Below, piece after piece: positions 56,911-64,000 of a stretch of DNA of 64,000 nucleotides; within the stretch, counting starts at the first letter, position 1; every line of letters starts with the position of its first letter. The translations under genes were made by a program, and so were the position numbers. The notes under the pieces were generated by a model. That model ran no database searches and was not told where the DNA came from. It was given only the letters and a program-made list of their open reading frames with translations. Source of the stretch: the human T2T-CHM13v2.0 reference genome, Homo sapiens; the NCBI RefSeq assembly GCF_009914755.1, contig NC_060926.1; one strand, given 5' to 3'.

Positions 56911-57373
56911 TTAAGGAGAATTAACAAAGAGTGGTTATTAAAGGAACACTGAGTTGGGAGTCAGACCTGGAGGCCCGCACCCTTGGTTAAGACATTATAA
57001 CACCTTGAGTCTGGCCTGTTGACTGAGGGTGAGCCACTCCATCCTCGTCTGATTGTGGGGTCTTGACCTCAAGGGGTTTCCTGCAGGAAGAAGCAAATGG
57101 GTTTGCCTCCCTAGCTCTGTCCAGTACCTTAAGGACCCTGAGAACTAGAGAGATTCTTGGAGAGCCATCTGGTGTATGTCATGGGTGGGCCTTGTTTGAA
57201 GGTCAGTCTGCCCAGTGGGCTGGCTCAGCCCGAATGAACTCTCTTGAATCTTTGGAGTTTTCTGTGTACTTTTAAGGGTTTCTCATCCTTGCACCAAAAG
57301 ATCTCCTGGAAATTAGGTGGGAAAACCTTAACTTTTGTGGGGCCTTGTGTTTGTCTTAAAAGTTCATGCACAT

Positions 57374-57650
57374 GGCCAGGTGTGGTGGCTCACGCCTGTT
57401 ATCCTGTCCTGGATCACTTGAGTCAAGGAGTTTGAGACCAATCTGGACAACATAGTGAGACCCCGTCTCTACAAAAAAAAAAAAAAATAGTAGCCAGGGG
57501 TGGTTGTGCACATCTGTAGTCCAACCTACTACTGTGGCTGAGGAGGGAGGAGCACTTGAGCCTGCACTGAGCTGTGATCTCACCAGTGTATTCCAGCCTG
57601 GGCCACACAGCAACACCTTGACTCAAAAAAGAAAAATCAACAAGAAAAAT
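57374..57650 (+). mobile_element. AluJ-type SINE with internal deletions
   Basis: GGCCAGGTGTGGTGGCTCACGCCTG…, expanded middle A-tract, right arm and A-rich tail. Confidence 0.9.
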
Positions 57651-57757
57651 TCTTGAAGATTTTACATTCTGTCTCACTATCGATTGGTTTTCATGTCAAG
57701 ATAATGTCAGAAATTCTTTACAATTGCTTCCAGAAGGAGTAGCCTTTTGATCTAGTG

Positions 57758-57950
57758 CACAGGTGTCCAGTCTTTTGGCTTCTCAGGGCCACATTGGAAG
57801 AAGAATGCTCCTGGGCCACAGATAAAATACACTACTGCTAATGATAGCTGAGGAGCTTAAAGAAAAAAAAGGTTTGTGCATAATTTTCATGATACCCACC
57901 ACCACAGATAGGCTGAAAAGTCCTTGTAGTCAAAGGGTTGGACACAGCTG
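57758..57950 (+). mobile_element. MER30-family hAT DNA transposon with 8-bp TSD
   Basis: GGTGTCCAGTCTTTTGGCTTCTCAGGGCCACATTGGAAGAAGAA…GGGTTGGACA. Perfect flanking direct repeat ATCTAGTG at 57750-57757 and 57951-57958. Confidence 0.88.
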
Positions 57951-58314
57951 ATCTAGTGTCTTGTCGTCCGTTTTGACTTTCTCCCTGACTCCAGAATGCA
58001 GGTAGAGGTGTAGAGACGTGCTCTCAGGACAGGTGTTGAGATAAAAAAATTCGTTGTCATTTATTCCCAAGGACAGCTGTTTGTCATTTGTATTGAAAAA
58101 GTTTCCATTCAAACCGCTGTCACATATAAAATCTATTTATATGTCTGTATGTTTCTGTTGTCTTGGCTTTTGTGGGCAGCAGTGTGTTTTAATGGAGCAA
58201 ACTGTCCTTCCAAATAATGAAGCCGAAGTCAGCCTACCTGTTTGCCATTTTTCTTCCCCTTCCATTTTTCTAACCTCAGGATAATTGTAAGAATGAATTA
58301 AGATTTGTGTTTAA

Positions 58315-58457
58315 GGCCAGGCACAGTGTCTCAGGCCTGTAATCTCAGCACTTTGGGAGGCAGAGACGGATGTATCGCTTGAGCTCAGGAGTTGAAGACC
58401 AGCCTTGGCAACATACTGAGACTCTGTCTTGTATAATTAAATTAATATTTAAAAAAA
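58315..58457 (+). mobile_element. FLAM / AluJ left monomer
   Basis: GGCCAGGCACAGTG…GCTTGAGCTCAGGAGTT…GAGACTCTGTCT followed by an AT-rich tail, with no right arm. Confidence 0.8.
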
Positions 58458-59333
58458 GGAAAGAAAAGGACCAGTGTTTAAAATTTAAAAAAAGGGGGGG
58501 GAAAGTATAATGCAAAATGTGGACTATGCTAGCTATGATTGGGAAAAATAATTTTTCATACAGCATTATCTGTTGACTTGTATTAGCAGCACACTGGTCA
58601 TAAGCGTTTTGCTTTCATCAAATATGAGGTAAGCTACTTTAAAGTGTGGTGGGGCTTTCTTCCGCATGGCTCCTGGAGGTGTTGAGTCCCAATTTAGCCA
58701 ATTAATTGGGGTTTAGTTTTGATATGGATAAGGGAGACCGGCTTCATTCATGATGCACACACAGTTTTGCCAGTAAGGAAAAAAAACGCAACCTGAATGT
58801 TTCTACTCATTAGATGCTATCTGGAGAGCTCCTACCCCAATGCCACAAAGGCCCAGGCCCTTAAAAAGACTCAATGCAGCCTTTGTGTGTCTCATACCGT
58901 ATTCTGCAAGATACTCCTGTGAAAGAAATTTGTGCTGCATCAGCCATCTCCCTCCTGAAGATCCCTGCGGATGACGATTTGTGTTTTAAAGGTTCTGAGA
59001 AGTCCTGCAAAAACAGTTCTCAAACTTATTTGTCCAGGGGATCTTTTCTTCCACTGAACATAGTTGGGTAGACACGGCCTTAAGCCTTGAGCAGAGAAAG
59101 AGACAAGAAACTGTTGGCTCACTTACAACCAAGTGTTGTGTTTATGTTTTAGGTTTTTATGAAACTGAGGTGCTGTTTGAGGTTCTGAATCAAATTGGGT
59201 GGTTGAAGAGAGGCTTGTATCCCTGTAGACTTAGCCAGCCATGAGAGGTTGACTTCTGTTGAAGGAGGTGTTTTACAAAGGGAAATAGGGTGTCTCCTGG
59301 GCAGCACATTAGCACTTAAATACATGTATCACC

Positions 59334-59722
59334 GAAATGAAATGAAATGATGAAATGATGACATGAAATGAAATGAAATGATGAAATGATGAAACGAAAT
59401 GATGAAATGAAGAAATGAAATGACAAAATGATGAAATGAAATGAAATGATGAGATGAGATGAAATGGTGAAATGAAATGAAATGCTGAAATGAAATGAAA
59501 TGATGAAATGATGAAATGGAATGATGAAATGAAATGATGAAATGGTGAAATGAAATGAGGAAATGAAATGAAATGCTGAAATGAAATGATGAAGTGAAAT
59601 GGTGAAATGAAATGAAATGAAATGATGAAATGAAATGAAAAGATGAAATGATGAAATGAAGAAATGGTATGAAATGATGAAATGAAATGACAAAATGAAG
59701 TGAAATGATGAAATAATGAAAT
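59334..59722. repeat. (GAAAT)n simple satellite interrupted by GAT trimers
   Basis: Read directly: GAAATGAAATGATGAAATGATGA…. Confidence 0.95.
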
Positions 59723-60753
59723 GAGGGGTGGAGCCAAGATGGCTGAATAGGAACAGCTCTGGTCTACAGCTCCCAGCGTGAGCGACGCAGAAGACGGGTG
59801 ATTTCTGCATTTCCATCTGAGGTACTGGGTTCATCTCACTAAGGGAGTGCCAAACAGTGGGTGCAGGACAGTGGATGCAGTGCACCATGTGGGAGCCGAA
59901 GCAGGGCGAGGCATTGCCTCACTCAGAAAGCACAAGGGGTCAGGGAGTTCCCTTTCCTAGTCAAAGAAAGGGGTGACAGACTGCACCTGGAAAATAGGGT
60001 CACTCTCAACCTAATACTGTACTTTTCCAACAGGCTTGGAAAACAACACACCAGGAGATTGTGTCCCGCACCTGGCTCAGAGGGTCTTATGCCAATGGAG
60101 TCTTGCTGATTGCTAGCACAGCACTCTGAGATCAAACTGCAAGGCAGCAGCGAGGCTGGTGGAGTGGGACCCGTCATTGCCCAGGCTTTCTTAGGTAAAC
60201 AAAGCAGCCAGGCAGCTGGAACTGGGTGGAGCCCACAACAGCTCCAGGAGGCCTGCCTGCCTCTGTAGGCTCCACCTCTGGGGGCAGGGCACAGACACAC
60301 AAAAAGTCAGCAGTAACCTCTGCAGACTTAAATGTCCCTGTCTGACAACTTTGAGGAGAGTAGTGGTTCTCCCAGCACGCAACTGGAGATCTGAGAATGG
60401 GCAGACTGCCTCCTAAAGTGGGTCACTGAACCCCAAGCAGCCCAACTGGGAGGCACCCTCCAGTAGGGACAGACTGACACCTCACTCGGCCGGGTAGTCC
60501 TCTGAGACCAAACTTCCAGAGGAATGATCAGACAGCTGAATTTGTGATTCACGAAAATCCGCTGTTCTGCAGCCACCGCTGCTGATACCCAGGCAAACAG
60601 GATCTGGCGTGGACCTCTAGAAAACTCCAACAGACCTGCAGCTGAGGGTCATGTCTGTTAGAAGGAAAACTGACAAACAGAAAGGACACCCACACCAAAA
60701 ACCCATCTGTACATCACCATCATCAAAGACCAAAAGTTGATAAAACCACAAAG
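59723..60753 (+). promoter_or_regulatory. L1 5'UTR internal sense/antisense promoter, YY1 site CAAGATGGC at 59735-59743
   Basis: Recognisable L1PA 5'UTR. Many consensus CpGs have decayed to TG/CA. Confidence 0.75.
59923..60177 (-). CDS. L1 antisense ORF0-like frame, 84 aa (MTGPTPPASLLPCSLISECCASNQQDSIG…)
   Basis: Internal ATG at 60177 of the listed ORF 59923..60300. Aligns by eye with L1 ORF0 (MAGAPPPASLPPCSLISDCCASNQRDSVGVGPSEPG…). Expression is unknown. Confidence 0.55.
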   Translation of the reverse strand: MTGPTPPASLLPCSLISECCASNQQDSIGIRPSEPGAGHNLLVCCFPSLLEKYSIRLRVTLFSRCSLSPLSLTRKGNSLTPCAF

Positions 60754-61760
60754 ATAGGGAGAAAACAGAAAAACTGGAAACTCTGAAAAGCAGAGTGCCT
60801 CTCCTTCTCCAAAGGAACGCAGTTCCTCACCAGCAACAAAACTGGACAGAGAATAACTTTGATGATTTGAGAGAAGAAGGCTTCAGATGATCAAACTACT
60901 GTGAGCTACAGGAGGAAATTCAAACCAATAGCAAAGAAGTTAAAAACTTTGAAAAACAATTAGACGAGTGTATAACTGGAATAACCAATGCAGACAAATG
61001 CTTAAAGGATCTGATGGAGCTGAAAGCCAAGTTTTGAGAACTACGTGAAGAAGGCAGAAGCCTCAGGAGCCAATGCAATCAACTGGAAGAAAAGGTATCA
61101 GTGATGGAAGATGAAATGAATGAAATGAAGGGAGAAGGGAAGTTTAGAGAAAAAAGAATAAGAAGAAATGAACAAAGCCTCCAGGAATTATGGGACTATG
61201 TGAAAAGACCAAACCTACGTCTGATTGGTGTAGCTGAAAGTGACGGGGAGAATGGAACTAAGTTGGAAAACACTCTGCAAGATATTATCCAGGAGGACTT
61301 CCCCAATCTAGTAAGGCAGGCCAACATTCAGATTCAGGAAACACAGAGAACGCCACAAGGATACTCCTTAAGAAGAGAAACTCCAAGACACATAATTGTC
61401 AAATTCACCAAAGATGAAATGAAGGAAAAAATGTTAAGGGCAGCCAGAGAGAAAGGTCCGGTTACCCACAAAGGGAAGCCCATCAGACTAACAGCTGATC
61501 TCTCAGCACAAACTCTTCAAGCCAGAAGAGAGTGGGGGCCAATATTCAACATTCTTAAAGAAAGTAATTTTCAACCCAGAATTTCATATCCAGCCAAACT
61601 AAGCTTCATAAGTGAAGGAGAAATAAAATCCTTTACAGACAAGCAAATGCTCAGAAATTTTATCACCACCAGGCCTGCCCTAAAAGAGCTCCTGAAGGAA
61701 GCACTAAACATGGAAAGGAACAACTGGTACCAGCCACTGCGAAAACATGTCAAATTGTAA
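60754..61760 (+). pseudogene. L1 ORF1 (RNA-binding protein), disabled
   Basis: ATG>ATA at 60754, small 5' deletions, in-frame TGA at 61035-61037. The C-terminal 219 aa are open (…WDYVKRPNLRLIGV…YPAKLSF…). Confidence 0.92.
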
Positions 61761-61823
61761 AGACCATCAAGACTAGGAAGAAACTGCATCAACTAACGAG
61801 CAAAATAACCAGCTAACATCATA

Positions 61824-64000
<2,177 letters not shown>

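Noticed and set aside
59309-59888. His/Phe/Ile/Ser-rich ORFs (142 and 190 aa)
   Set aside because: They are translations of the (ATTTC)n strand of the GAAAT tract. One spans the L1 antisense side, but there is no evidence of function.

Overview
Primate (human/great-ape-type) pericentromeric boundary with no intact protein-coding gene. Bases 1-~36,070 are a Human Satellite II (HSat2; CATTC/CATTCGATTC/GAT) array built from about six copies of a ~6.4-kb higher-order unit with deletions, one internal rearrangement and mosaic variants. The array decays into a short (CATTC)n cap and ends abruptly at 36,375. It is followed by ~18.5 kb of AT-rich DNA with old repeats (L1M, Tigger3a, MER21, L2, Alu). 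Next comes a 1.25-kb GC-rich (CCGCCGCGGCTTTTTG-type) tandem repeat fused to a duplicated, disabled KSR1 exon 1 with its intron-1 flank. The window ends with a (GAAAT)n tract and the 5' part of a 5'-complete L1PA3/PA4-age LINE-1 whose ORF1 and ORF2 are broken but whose antisense ORF0 is open. All family calls are from memory of consensus sequences, not database searches. I found no convincing previously undescribed biological system. The most interesting points are the architecture of the satellite units and the GC-repeat/KSR1/GAAAT/L1 mosaic.
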